Notes: generated from the sequence alone by a model not told the origin. DNA of 62,784 nucleotides, filler included, from an uncultured virus (IMG/VR IMGVR_UViG_2049941000_000092) (15 parts of one record of this genome joined end to end with filler, not necessarily neighbours in it), one strand, 5' to 3'. Counted from the whole stretch's first letter, positions 40,679 to 52,421 are shown. Numbers and translations: made by a program.

Positions 40679-41093
40679 ATCCGCCATCGCCTCGTTCTGT
40701 TTCTGATAGTTTTTCTACTTCTTTATAGAAGACTTGTTCAAACTTCTTTACAACAAGTTGTGCAATCCTATCACCAGGATGAACAATAAAATCTTCTGTT
40801 CCGAAGTTCATTAAAATTACACAAACTTCACCCCTATAATCAGCATCAATTGTTCCCGGAGAGTTTAGTACGGTAATGGCATTCTTAAGGGCGAGCCCAC
40901 TTCTTGGCCGTACTTGTGCTTCATAACCGGGAGCTAATTCGATAAGTAATCCTGTATGGATTAATGTCGGGGTCATTGGTTTAACTACTTGTTCCTCAAC
41001 ACTACGCAAATCTGCACCAGCAGAAAGTTCTGTAGCATATATTGGTACTACAGCCTCAGGGTGCATCTTTTGATAGTTTATAATAGTTACCAT
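40679..41093 (-). CDS. dut: dUTPase (trimeric)
   Basis: [35 protein letters not shown] motifs. Confidence 0.95.
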
Positions 41094-41104
41094 ANNNNNN
41101 NNNN

Positions 41105-41368
41105 ATGATTATAAAAATATTTGTTTATTAGCGGTATATCATCTTTGTAACATGTGAGTCGACGTTTTGGAGTTATAAAGTAATATATACCTCCATCACG
41201 AAATTGTTCCGGAAAACCATCGATAACCAGATTATAGAGTATGTCCTGTGTAGTAAACACTGGTAACAGTGTTCAATAACCGGCCAAATCTTCATCAGGA
41301 TATCAGGTTTCTCCCTCACAGTATCTAAGAATATAGTACTCGTGTCCGTTAATTACGATCTCTTTCAT
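41105..41368 (-). CDS. Hypothetical protein with two TGA=Trp
   Basis: MKEIVINGHEYYILRYCEGET-W-YPDEDLAGY-W-TLL..., coupled to the upstream stop. Confidence 0.45.
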
Positions 41369-41619
41369 TACATGTCCATATAATATTGAACAGATGGCTG
41401 TTCTATTTTTCCAATATCTTCTGTAGTAGAAATATTATATGGGAGCAATGATATTTGTTCAATTGGTTTCCCGTCTTTCACACAAAATTCTCTCTTTAAT
41501 GGAGGTTTGTCGAATACGTATATATTCCAACCTTCAATATCATGAGGAACGTCGAACGGAGTGCTACCATAGTAGTATCTAATCTCGCGAGACTGTTTAT
41601 TTACCGCTAATAACCACAT
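41368..41619 (-). CDS. Hypothetical protein
   Basis: 83 aa ORF, overlapping its neighbours in an operon-like way. Confidence 0.5.
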   Translation of the reverse strand: MWLLAVNKQSREIRYYYGSTPFDVPHDIEGWNIYVFDKPPLKREFCVKDGKPIEQISLLPYNISTTEDIGKIEQPSVQYYMDM

Positions 41620-41818
41620 TCTTTTTCACGTATAGAGTACAATGGCATCTATCATATTCCCGATATTCTCTGCAGGGGCATAATCTATCTTCTCTTGTTT
41701 CGCCAGGATTTGCGCAAGGGCATTCTCCATCATTGGCTTCACATAGTTTGAGGATAGCGTTCACTACAGAATCCTTTGGGTTTAATTCCCAACCTTCTTT
41801 TCTAAGAATTTGTATCAT
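41597..41818 (-). CDS. Ferredoxin:thioredoxin reductase catalytic subunit-like protein
   Basis: CPC-x-CPC-x-CHC cysteine pattern (ECPC...LCPC...RCHC). Confidence 0.8.
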   Translation of the reverse strand: MIQILRKEGWELNPKDSVVNAILKLCEANDGECPCANPGETREDRLCPCREYREYDRCHCTLYVKKNVVISGK

Positions 41819-41920
41819 CTNNNNNNNNNNNNNNNNNNNNNNNNNNNNNNNNNNNNNNNNNNNNTTAATTAATTAANNNNNNNNNNNNNNNNNNNNNNNN
41901 NNNNNNNNNNNNNNNNNNNN

Positions 41921-43457
41921 TGAATTGAAACTTTTTAGTAGAATTCTTTTTATTTAGTTCACTAATTGTTCCGGTAATCAATTGACAAAAATCTTTATAC
42001 CGTTTATTATAAGAACATTCAATGCCAAGAAATTCCGCTGCTTCATTGATGCCATTCAACCCAACCGTAGAGTAAAGTTTAGACATAGTAATGTATCCTG
42101 CATTACTTGCTGTAAACATTCCATTTGCTTCCCACTCATAAAGCATTGTTTTATATGCAATATGATACTTATGAACGCGTTCTACAACTTCCGTTAAACG
42201 TTCTTTAATATCGTTGAATGCAGCACCAATATCATGATTTGGTTGTACTGCATCCTGTACCAATCTGTTAAGATTGATAGTGATAACATTACAAGAACCT
42301 GTCTGAACACCAGTAAGACCGTTCGTAAACGAGAATACATTTTCATTGATTTGATTACGCAACCTACAACAACTTGCTAAACTATCCGGATTATCAGATA
42401 GATAAGTAAAGAACGAGTGTCCTGCTGCATACATTTCTGTAGTAAGATCTTTATAGGCTTTATCGATAACATCCTTTCCATCCGTAAGTAGGGCCATCGT
42501 TTCTACAGGGAATGTTAACAACGTTCTCTTACGATAATCATTAAACCAATGAATGAATTTACGCTGAAGATAGTCTATTCTTCTCCATAGCGGTTTGGTA
42601 CCGTCATCAAATACAAATTTGCCAAATATTGCTTCCCAATAATTCTTATCATAATAAGAAATATTAGTAAACGGACTTTGTGCACCTCTATTTCCCGCAG
42701 GTTGATTCCAATTACAGACAATATACTGAAATTGCTGTTCAATCTTTNNNNNNNNNNCTGCCTTTAAATCGTAATCTTCGCCATAATCCATTACAGCATA
42801 ATGGTCAAAGAAATTGAAGAATTCACCAAATGCTACTGCACCTTTACACTGAGATGCAAGTAAGAATGTAGCATTGACCAATTGACCACAAAAGGAATCA
42901 AGATGGTGAGGAGCACCAGTGCCCGTACCATCGAGAGAATCAGAACCATATTGTAAAGGATATAATGTAACCGCTTCACAGTAGTTCTTAATCGTTGGTG
43001 TTGAAGCTTCATCGTGAGGATAAACGATATGTGTGTCTCTATCCTTAATATACTGATCGGCTAATTCTTTACCAAACAGTTTCTCGATGGCATCATATTC
43101 TCAAATGCATTGGGTTTTTCTGTTAAATGGCTTATATACTTCAGATTCCATATTAGCAACATTCTTCAATGTAATATTTGCATTTGGATCAGTTGCACTA
43201 GATGTTGCAGCATTCTCACCATTTAATTGATAATTCTTCATATATAGAATATTTTGTCTGATAGCACGCTCTTCAGCATGTTTCGATTTATATTCTATAT
43301 AGGCGATTTGTACATCATAATATTTGAATTCTCCTAAAGAATAAATTACAAACTTCTGAATATCTTCAACAGACATGTCCCTCTCAAAAAGCTGACTTGT
43401 CGGNNNNNNNNNNAAATCGAAGTCTACAATTTTGCCATCGCGTTTAATTACCCTCAT
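41921..43457 (-). CDS. nrdD: Anaerobic (class III) ribonucleotide reductase with ATP cone, partial
   Basis: MRVIKRDG ATP cone; IYPHD...NYC; NQP...QSPFTN; LTFPV; SCCRL; VITINLNR; TVGLNGINE. In-frame TGA at 43101. Confidence 0.9.
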
Positions 43458-43864
43458 ATTTCTGAATATAAAATAATCAATGCTAACGCAGATTTCTCAA
43501 AGGCATTAACAATATCTTTATCGGCAGCAATTAATGAAGCAAAGCTTTCATAGAAATTATATATATTAGACTGCTCTGTATCTGGTTTAAAATATTTCGA
43601 TTCCTGATTCATATAAACATTCATGTATGCCTTCAACGATAATTGTGGTGCAATCTTAACCTTTCCGCCACGATGTTTATATTCCTCAAAAACAGTATTT
43701 TCTAAGATTCGACCGAGATTCTGGTGACGACATTTAGCATCGTTGGGTAAAAATTCATTTTTCATTCGTTTCAATCTAATCTGAACATCATTCGGCATTT
43801 CCATTAGCTGAACTATATGTTCGGTGAGATCAGGAATTCGAGCATTCGGTTTTAATTCAAACAC
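43454..43864 (-). CDS. Hypothetical protein (5' uncertain)
   Basis: Open frame ending in a TGA that overlaps the nrdD ATG (ATGA). Confidence 0.45.
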   Translation of the reverse strand: MFELKPNARIPDLTEHIVQLMEMPNDVQIRLKRMKNEFLPNDAKCRHQNLGRILENTVFEEYKHRGGKVKIAPQLSLKAYMNVYMNQESKYFKPDTEQSNIYNFYESFASLIAADKDIVNAFEKSALALIILYSEI

Positions 43865-44037
43865 TCTTATTCAATTTGAATTGAATACGAACAAATTGTC
43901 GTTTCTTCTANNNNNNNNNNNNNNNNNNNNNNNNNNNNNNNNNNNNNNNNNNNNTTAATTAATTAANNNNNNNNNNNNNNNNNNNNNNNNNNNNNNNNNN
44001 NNNNNNNNNNGTAAGTCAGAAAGTTGTACTTGTTGCA

Positions 44038-44627
44038 TTACTTCAAATTTAGATTAAGATTATATATTCTGCGATGACCAATGTTCTTAAGATAACGATT
44101 ATGTGGTGCATCCATTAAATAGCAGAATATTCCATTTTGCACGGCATCCAGATAATTGGATACCTTATCGTCAATAAGTATCGATACATTATATTTTTTC
44201 ATTAGTTCTATCTTACTCTCATTCCATGGTACACAATACACTGGAGCACATGGGAATCCATTTGCTTCCAGATTTTTCTTGGTCCATTCGACAGGAATAC
44301 TTCGGCTAGTAATATACATATCCGGTTCAAAAGTAGGAAGATTCTTGGTAGGAAGTGTTGTCCAGAACTCTTCATCTGTACGTAGTTCCTCGAGTTTCTC
44401 CCGAATCTTATATGAACCGTTCCAGTAGTCATTTAATTTTATACCAGTCTTCTTTTCGAAAGACCCTATAAAATCTAAACAAACATCATCAATATCCAAA
44501 GCTATCACAGGTCTATTAGCAATACCAATAACCCTATCGTCGCCTTGTGGATAGCAAGCATACATCTCGCAAATTAGTAACGCTTGTGATGCAACAGACG
44601 CCATGTGAAGTAATCCATTATCATCGA
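44038..44627 (-). CDS. DUF5664-like dNTP diphosphohydrolase C-terminus fused to HAD 5'-nucleotidase-like domain
   Basis: DDNGLLHMASVASQALL followed by IALDIDDVC...YITSR...ILIDD...DAPHN. Confidence 0.65.
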
Positions 44628-44738
44628 NNNNNNNNNNAAACGCTCATTTGCATATCCAGACTTCCATTCTCATCCTGTGTGAAATACATTGCGATAACCC
44701 GATCCTTATTTTTAAATGTAACTACGGTTTCGTTTGTA

Positions 44739-45128
44739 TTATTTTGCATATGGTGCAATTAATTTGTAAAATAAATTCTTATCCATTAAAACGACTTCTC
44801 CATCCGAAAGAAATCGATCATTAACCTTTCTCTGTTTATTCCATATTATCACGAATTCTTCGTTTGGAACAGTAGTTTCTTTTCTAATAGAGAAATATTG
44901 TGGCGTAGAAGTAGTACGTTTTAGTTGGATTTGACATGGTAATTTTTTAGACTTATCAATTACATCCACCTTGTTGTTGTCTGTGGATTTTGATTCCATT
45001 CTAGACGTAACACACTCGAAACCAAGATCCGTCAATTCCTTACAAACACGTCTTTCGTATTCGTTTCCCCTCTGTTTATTTCTCGCTCCTATTGAACGTC
45101 CTCTTTTAGTCTTTTGTGTTTTCGCCAT
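44739..45128 (-). CDS. Holliday junction resolvase-like PD-(D/E)XK nuclease
   Basis: RGNEYERRV...VDV...QIQLKR. Confidence 0.7.
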   Translation of the reverse strand: MAKTQKTKRGRSIGARNKQRGNEYERRVCKELTDLGFECVTSRMESKSTDNNKVDVIDKSKKLPCQIQLKRTTSTPQYFSIRKETTVPNEEFVIIWNKQRKVNDRFLSDGEVVLMDKNLFYKLIAPYAK

Positions 45129-46137
45129 AATACTCTATTGCACTATTAATTAAGTTCTTTGTAAATTTACTTCCACAATATCTGCGAACATCGCTGATAT
45201 CTTTATATCCAACATTGCGAGGAATCATTAATACGCGTATATCCGGAAAGTGTCGTCTAATTTTTCGCATATTTGATACACCAGCAATGTCTGTATCATA
45301 CAAAAGATATATGTGCTTAAATCTAGCCTTTAGTCGATTGTATTGTGCTTCCGACAGAAAGATATTCTCAGAACATGGAGCGATTGCTGTGATTCCATAT
45401 TCGGATAAACACATCACGTCCTTCATTGATTTAGTAATTACAAGATATTCACCTTGTTTCGGAAGTACATGTGCACCCTGAATAAGAGAGCTCTTCCAAT
45501 TACCAACCATTTTATAGGAATGTCGTCCAGGAAAATACAACCTTCACAATTCTATACCATCGGTGATACCACCAAAATAGCCATAACAACGTTGCTTATT
45601 GTTGAATATATAGAACAAATTATCGTTTAATCAAGCGTGTTTTAACGGATATATCTTAAATTTCTTCAACGTCTCCTTTGTAATTCCATAATTTAGTCAT
45701 CACTTAAGATCGATTTCGTCTCATTCACGAATTTCAACTTGAATGATAGATTGACCTGATTCCTGAAATTTTACACCAGTTGGTTGAATTTTTGCTTTGT
45801 TTGTTTTTAATGTTTTAGATTTTCTAATTTCAAAGTCGTTGGCAATTATTCGAAGTGCCATATAATATGACACTCCGAATAATGCTTCGACATAAGAAAA
45901 ACAATCATAACTACCTGAAGCAAAATCTTTTAAAATTAGTTTCCCATTTTTATTTCGATAGAAGCTACAAGTAGGATGATTGTCCTTTCTAATTTTGCTA
46001 CAGAAAAGTCCTTTCTTTACGGCCACACCATAATGCTCGAAAATAGCTTCCTCTGTAACATGCTTAAGTATCTCATCCTTTGTGAGATTTTCTTCTATGT
46101 CGGAAACCGATGAAAGATTAAATAATAAATCTCCCAT
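45106..46137 (-). CDS. DNA primase (Zn-finger + TOPRIM), five in-frame TGA=Trp
   Basis: FCSKIRKDNHPTCSF; RE-W-DEIDLK-W-W-LNYGIT; HA-W-LN; EL-W-RLYFP; VITKSMKDVM; LYDTDIAG; KDISD. Confidence 0.85.
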
Positions 46138-46157
46138 TAGATAAGATTATTTAGAAA

Positions 46158-46651
46158 TTAAAATGGTAAGTCAGAGTCGTCCTCAGGAATGCCTAACTGT
46201 TCGGCAAGGCCCTCAGTGCTTCCTGTTTCAGCCTGTTTCATATTAGTGGGCTGTGCATTTTTGGCAGCCTCAACTTTCTTCTGCTCAGACTGATTGAGTA
46301 CAAGATTATGACCAATAAAGCGAGATGCAATAACAACTACACCAGCCTTATTGAGTTTTGCAGGGAATCCCGGAACTGCAGCAAAGCCATTCTGTTGTGG
46401 AATAAGCTTCAATTCGAGTTCGGTATCAATGTAAGGAGCGGTAAGATATTCAACGAGTTTTACAAGTTTCTTAAAGTCAAGAGAACTAACGTCGACTTTC
46501 TTACCATTAATAGAAACGTTATTCGCGGATAACTTCTTGCCGATTTCAGGATCAAGAGCGTCTAAAATCTGGCCAACAACGCAAGTAAACTGCTCAACGG
46601 AAGATGGATTAGGACCAAAAGAACTTTCAGTTCTTTCTGCTGAAGTGGGTT
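46158..46651 (-). CDS. Putative single-stranded DNA-binding protein (C-terminal part)
   Basis: Acidic ...EDDSDLPF* tail, high-expression codon usage, upstream of primase. Confidence 0.5.
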
Positions 46652-46661
46652 NNNNNNNNNN

Positions 46662-46967
46662 TTTAATAGAATCAAAAGTACTTATTAAAATAGCGTCGCT
46701 ATAAAGATTAACCTTTTTCTTAGATCATTCTGAATTTACTTTTATTCCTTTTTCTAATCTTGTTTTAGATATTTTATTTCTTGTTTCTTCAGGCAAAGTT
46801 TTTCCTTTTCAAAAACCATGTTTTCCACGATTTGCTTTAGATATCTTGGCCTTTGTTTCATCTGTACATGAAACACCTTTATTTCAAGGTTTTTTAGAAA
46901 AACCACAAGTGCCATCTCCACCATTTGTTAAATTGTAACATCCATCATGTGTTTTATATCATCGAAT
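46662..46967 (-). mobile_element. GIY-YIG/NUMOD3 homing endonuclease fragment (four TGA=Trp)
   Basis: IR-W-YKTHDGCYNLTNGGDG...P-W-NKGVSCTDETKAKISKAN...F-W-KGKTLPEETRNKIS...FDSIK. Confidence 0.8.
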
Positions 46968-47067
46968 NNNNNNNNNNNNNNNNNNNNNNNNNNNNNNNNN
47001 NNNNNNNNNNNTTAATTAATTAANNNNNNNNNNNNNNNNNNNNNNNNNNNNNNNNNNNNNNNNNNNN

Positions 47068-47427
47068 ATTCCTATAAGATACTTTTTCAAAAACCTTAGA
47101 AAAGGTATTTGCAGCCATAAGATGAATTTCATCGAGCACAAGTAAATCACATGTTCAATTGAACTTGATTACTGTGTTAATAATTTCTACTCTTGCATTA
47201 TCCAAGAGTCCTCATACCTCTAACTGTTCAATTCATTGTTCTTTTAATGGTTCTGTTGGAACAACTACTAATGTGGATGCTTCCTCACTTCTCTTTACAA
47301 ATGCAGAGATAAGATTTAATGCTATGCGAGTTTTACCAAAACCTGTACAAGCAACTACTGTAGCAGCGCCTTTAAACTTTAACCAGTTTCTAAGACACTC
47401 TTTCTGTCTTTGATCACGAGTTACCAT
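47068..47427 (-). CDS. SF2 (DExH) helicase, 5' fragment, three TGA=Trp
   Basis: RDQRQ, ACTGFGKT, VVVPT..LKEQ-W, LVLDEIH. Confidence 0.8.
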
Positions 47428-49068
47428 ATTGTAGGATTTTTGCTGTCTTCTATCGCATAGATAACCTTATAAATTTCATTGCGATACCAATTAAAATTCA
47501 CTTTAGCATTCTTCGGAGAAATATCCTTAAGCACATTAAATAGTGTTACACCTGATCCCGCACAAATGTCTTCATAATCAAACCTTCGCCCAAGATCATC
47601 AACTTTACACTTACGAATTTTATATCCATTTGTAGACATATAATATCTATTAATATGTCGAATAAGACTTCCTCCATATTCAACATGAAATTCCTTCTTT
47701 ACCTTCTGGAAAGTCAAAAATTTCTTAATGTCCTTACAATTCATAAGNNNNNNNNNNCAGAAATACCATTTACAAAATATTGAACAAGACACTCCGCAAT
47801 AATCTGTGGAGCCATCCCTTTACCTAATTGCGGTTCACGAATAAATAAACCTTTAGTTTTAATTAATTTAGGATCATGTGTTTCAGAATAACCCTTATAT
47901 ACACCAATATAATCATTAACTGCAAATTGATAAAATCGTTCGAAATATTCGAGAAGCTACAAGTAGGATGATTNNNNNNNNNNATTTAGTAATACCTTCC
48001 CACTCTTTACAGACACGCATTACATCGTCAAACTTAGATCGCTCAACAAGATAGAGAATACCATCTGTATTCAACTGTCCAATCTTACAACCAAGAGCGA
48101 TTAGCTTCTCAGTGAGCATTAAAAGCATTAACTGACAATTGAGACGAAGTTTTAAAACTGTTTTTGGATCATAACACCAAGAATATTCTGACTGAAGCAT
48201 ACCAGATATACCATTCAATGCTAATTTATAAGTTAAATTCATAACTTTATCACCCTCACGCTTAGCCTTAATACGATCCTGTCGAATCTTTTTATAAGTA
48301 TTAAGAAATTCGGGTCCTAAATGTTGAGGATATAAACCATAGTTAATTATAGCACTAGGATACATAGNNNNNNNNNNNNNNNNNNNNNNNNNNNNNNNNN
48401 NNNNNNNNNNNNNNNNNNNNNNNNNNNNNNNNNNNNNNNNNNNNNNNNNNNNNNNNNNNNNNNNNNNNCAATTATAATCCAATGATCGTCAGATACATAT
48501 ATTTCTGGCTTATTCTTAGTATGAATTCCACCTAAGGAATAGGTAATTTCGATACCATGAGTAAATACAGTTTTCTTCCATCGATCGGCAGTCGGCTTTT
48601 GTTTCTCTTCTTTTAAATTAAGATGTGTCTGCAATATTTCTCGATGCAGTTTCTGAAATTCTGGCGTATCAAAGTGTATAAAGTCAAATATAACATCCTT
48701 TAGATCAAGTTCGTCACATGGACTTCGAAGATCCTTGATATCATTTCAAGTCTTACCGGTATCTTTAAGATAACTGTTTTTAATGACTTCTACACCAAGG
48801 TTTACACCATCTTGATTCAAAACGTTTACTCCCAGAGTATCCTGGATACCTAAACGAAGATCAATTTCGCCTTTTAAACGATTCAACAATTCTTCGGTAG
48901 ACAGAATATCGTTGATATTATAAGCTAGTAACTTATCTAAATCTTCTTTTGGAAGTGGTCTATTAAAGTCACCATCATATTCCTCAACATTTTTATACTC
49001 CATTGTTACCTGAAGAGATTTCAAACCCACACGAAGTTTTTGAGCAAACATCATTGTCAGTAAGTCTA
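47421..49068 (-). CDS. Family B DNA polymerase (gapped fragments)
   Basis: SMYPS, KLALNGISG, QLNTDGI, exonuclease YNINDI; TGA at 48746 (GKT-W). Confidence 0.85.
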
Positions 49069-50272
49069 NNNNNNNNNNTAAAAAGTCTTAATGTTTCCCG
49101 ATTCTGTATTTTTTATTGCAATACTGGTGAAGTTAGGAAATGCTTCTATATCATAAACAAAACAAGTTCTATTCCTTATCAGCATATTTGTTTACAAGTT
49201 CCCAACCTTTATAAGAAGCAACTTGTTCAATCTGATCTTTAATCACATTCCATTTTTTAATGTGATATTCCAGATCATTATCCAGCATTAAGAGAATTTT
49301 ATCACGAAGTAATCGTAAAGTATCACTGGGAATTCCAGATACACGAGATCTGGATTCAAGACTAAGAAGACTGCGTAATTCGGAATAAGTTAGACCAGTA
49401 GGAATAACTTTAAAGAATCCTCCTGTAATGAATAACCGNNNNNNNNNNNNNNNNNNNNNNNNNNNNNNNNNNNNNNNNNNNNNNNNNNNNNNNNNNNNNN
49501 NNNNNNNNNNNNNNNNNNNNNNNNNNNNNNNNNNNNNNNNNNNNNNNNNNNNNNNNNNNNNNNNNNNNNNNNNNNNNNNNNNNNNNNNNNNNNNNNNNNN
49601 NNNNNNNNNNNNNNNNNNNNNNNNNNNNNNNNNNNNNNNNNNNNNNNNNNNNNNNNNNNNNNNNNNNNNNNNNNNNNNNNNNNNNNNNNNNNNNNNNNNN
49701 NNNNNNNNNNNNNNNNNNNNNNNNNNNNNNNNNNNNNNNNNNNNNNNNNNNNNNNNNNNNNNNNNNNNNNNNNNNNNNNNNNNNNNNNNNNNNNNNNNNN
49801 NNNNNNNNNNNNNNNNNNNNNNNNNNNNNNNNNNNNNNNNNNNNNNNNNNNNNNNNNNNNNNNNNNNNNNNNNNNNNNNNNNNNNNNNNNNNNNNNNNNN
49901 NNNNNNNNNNNNNNNNNNNNNNNNNNNNNNNNNNNNNNNNNNNNNNNNNNNNNNNNNNNNNNNNNNNNNNNNNNNNNNNNNNNNNNNNNNNNNNNNNNNN
50001 NNNNNNNNNNNNNNNNNNNNNNNNNNNNNNNNNNNNNNNNNNNNNNNNNNNNNNNNNNNNNNNNNNNNNNNNNNNNNNNNNNNNNNNNNNNNNNNNNNNN
50101 NNNNNNNNNNNNNNNNNNNNNNNNTAAAAAACCAGTCTCTCCAATTTCGGGTTCAACCCCATTTCAATTAGGCAATCGTGTAACAGTAATATATCTTAAT
50201 AGACTGTTTTGACGTTCGTCTAAATTTTGAAAGACATAGTTTATATAGAAGTCGTCTTGTTTCGCTAGCAGT

Positions 50273-50674
50273 TTACCACGGAATGTTATAATCATTACTT
50301 AGTTGTAGTACATCCTGGCCATTCTTGACAGCTTCATAAGCTCTGCACATTAGATGTTCTTTTTGTGCCTTCGGAAGAAGAAATGCAAGTAATTCACCGT
50401 CGGCTTTTTCCTGTGCATATACAATCAGATCTGCAACCTTATTGAAGTAATTGTCTTCTTCTTCTGCTAATGCCCCAAAAGCTTCCTCGAGTTTATCAAA
50501 ATACTGAATTTCCGGAATAGTACTTTCTGTAAACGGAGCAGTTCTACAGTATAGAAACTTAAGCGTTTCTTGTGTACAAGTTTGCAGACTATCGATACAT
50601 CTGTTTACAAAACGCTCATGTTTCGGATATCCGTTAGCATAAGAGAATAGTTTGGCTGAATTAAGAATACTCAT
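50273..50674 (-). CDS. Hypothetical protein
   Basis: 133 aa or longer ORF ending in TAA. Confidence 0.5.
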   Translation of the reverse strand: MSILNSAKLFSYANGYPKHERFVNRCIDSLQTCTQETLKFLYCRTAPFTESTIPEIQYFDKLEEAFGALAEEEDNYFNKVADLIVYAQEKADGELLAFLLPKAQKEHLMCRAYEAVKNGQDVLQLSNDYNIPW

Positions 50675-50833
50675 CCAGTCGTATTCTATCTGTAGTAATT
50701 CTAATACACCGTCGTTTGCAGTTGTTTCTCTTGGCCCATTTTACCAGAGTTCTTTAATCAAGATTNNNNNNNNNNTGTTCTTGTGTTCTATATTTCATAT
50801 GTTAATGTAAATGAACTATCTTACAGTAAAACA

Positions 50834-51199
50834 CTAAATAATATCTTGATAGATATTATAGAGATTTTTGTGAAAATTTGTATTAAACTGAGATTCAAAC
50901 AAATCAATCAGACAAGAAGACACTTCAAACTCGTGATCCCCGATATAAACTGTTAAATCAAAATCGTCGTTTGTGTTAAGATATCGCCAAATATCGCTAT
51001 CATCAAACTGAATAGTATTTGGACTTAACCAACTATGTACTTCAGCCAATACAAAGTGTAGTTCTCCAAGATCATTCTTATCGAGAAGAGTTAAAAGTTT
51101 ATCAATCTTAGGAGATAACGCAATTTCTGATGGATCGTCGTGCTTAAGATTGGGATACCAATGATTCCCGACCTTCTTTACTATAATTAGTATGTTCAT
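50834..51199 (-). CDS. Hypothetical protein
   Basis: 121 aa intact ORF. Confidence 0.55.
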   Translation of the reverse strand: MNILIIVKKVGNHWYPNLKHDDPSEIALSPKIDKLLTLLDKNDLGELHFVLAEVHSWLSPNTIQFDDSDIWRYLNTNDDFDLTVYIGDHEFEVSSCLIDLFESQFNTNFHKNLYNIYQDII

Positions 51200-51641
51200 C
51201 TTTTGATAAATTTAGACATCGTGCCGCAAATACAGCGAGTTTATCGGCACGATTATGCATCTTATTATCTGCGTGACCCTTTGTTCAGACAAATGTTACA
51301 TTGTGGTAATCAATTAAATCTAATAATTCGAATCACAAATCCAGGTTTTTCTTTGTATAGTCGCCTTCGTCAAATCATTTTTTGGCAGATCCACGAGTTA
51401 TTGCTTCTACAACATACTTAGAATCAGACACTATCGTTATATTAACAGGGTTCTTAAAGAATTTCAATGTCTCAATAACAGCAAGTAATTCCATCCTATT
51501 ATTACTTGTATGTAAAAAACCTTGGTAAAGTTCTTGAATGATAGAATCATTACAGCATATAATTGAAGCGTATCCACCGGTATTTAAGCTGGATTGATAA
51601 CTTCCATCTACATAGGCTGTATATTTAGGATTCTTCTGCAT
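51144..51641 (-). CDS. rnhA: Ribonuclease HI (three TGA=Trp)
   Basis: YVDGS, TSNNRMELLA, IVSDSKY, KK-W, KNLDL-W, TFV-W-TKGHA, NRADKLA; ends TAA at 51144. Confidence 0.92.
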
Positions 51642-51822
51642 GTCGATCTTCTTCTACAACAGTATCTTCTTGTTTTTGGAAGTCAACATACTTTCCTAAA
51701 TCTTTCGTAATAATTTTACCAAAATAGTCAACCTTGTGTTTCTCACGCAATTTATCTAAATCTTCTAAAAATTCATTTGGATAGTCACACTGAAATTCAC
51801 CATTAAACACCAAAACGAACAT
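51625..51822 (-). CDS. Hypothetical protein
   Basis: Short ORF overlapping its neighbours. Confidence 0.45.
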   Translation of the reverse strand: MFVLVFNGEFQCDYPNEFLEDLDKLREKHKVDYFGKIITKDLGKYVDFQKQEDTVVEEDRHAEES

Positions 51823-52177
51823 ACTTCTTAAGGCGCTTGGATATCAGTTGATCTGCGTATCTTCTTGAAATTTCTCCTACTTTGTCGCGATGTGCAACAA
51901 CGACTTTGTTAACTGGTTTAGATAAAGCACGCTCTTTTGCAAGATTACGACCAATTTCTTTTACAAACTGATCTTCTGGCGAACATGCGGCAACACCAAA
52001 AACCATTATTCTGGTATCCGTGTCATAAACGGAAGCCACTGTGATACGAGGAAGTACAAGAATTTCTTTAGGAGTAAGATGTTCTGCTATTGCAACTACA
52101 TCACCACTAGAATCAATAAGCATGGGAAGCCGTCGAACAGCAACCGGCTCGGAGTAATAATATTTTGTTACAATCAT
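51803..52177 (-). CDS. Hypothetical phage protein
   Basis: FGVAACSPEDQFVKEIGRNLAKERA motif recurrent in phage proteins. Confidence 0.55.
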   Translation of the reverse strand: MIVTKYYYSEPVAVRRLPMLIDSSGDVVAIAEHLTPKEILVLPRITVASVYDTDTRIMVFGVAACSPEDQFVKEIGRNLAKERALSKPVNKVVVAHRDKVGEISRRYADQLISKRLKKYVRFGV

Positions 52178-52178
52178 A

Positions 52179-52421
52179 TTAAATTAATTCAAAAATTCCA
52201 TTATCTGAAATGGATTTAATTGTATAATTTCCAATTTTGTCTTCAACAGACAGGAACGGTCCGCCCTCTGGGTCAAACGCTTTTATATCACTAGGCGGTG
52301 TACCAATAATACGGTACGTATCGGTAGACTTGGGATCACATTGAAACTGCCAAAGGTTACCATTAAGATGTGTCAGCACATGCGTGTAACCATATCGACC
52401 TTTCAATCTAATAGTTTCCAT
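52179..52421 (-). CDS. Hypothetical protein
   Basis: METIRLKGRYG..., TAATG-coupled to the GroEL stop. Confidence 0.5.
   Translation of the reverse strand: METIRLKGRYGYTHVLTHLNGNLWQFQCDPKSTDTYRIIGTPPSDIKAFDPEGGPFLSVEDKIGNYTIKSISDNGIFELI

Noticed and set aside
47952..47973. 21-25 nt exact duplications of distant loci (about 47953 = 45961; about 39552 = 36618; about 12815 = 8037), suggestive of spacers or recombination sites
   Set aside because: Each copy ends at a gap edge and breaks the local reading frame, consistent with chimeric contig tips; no CRISPR repeats flank them
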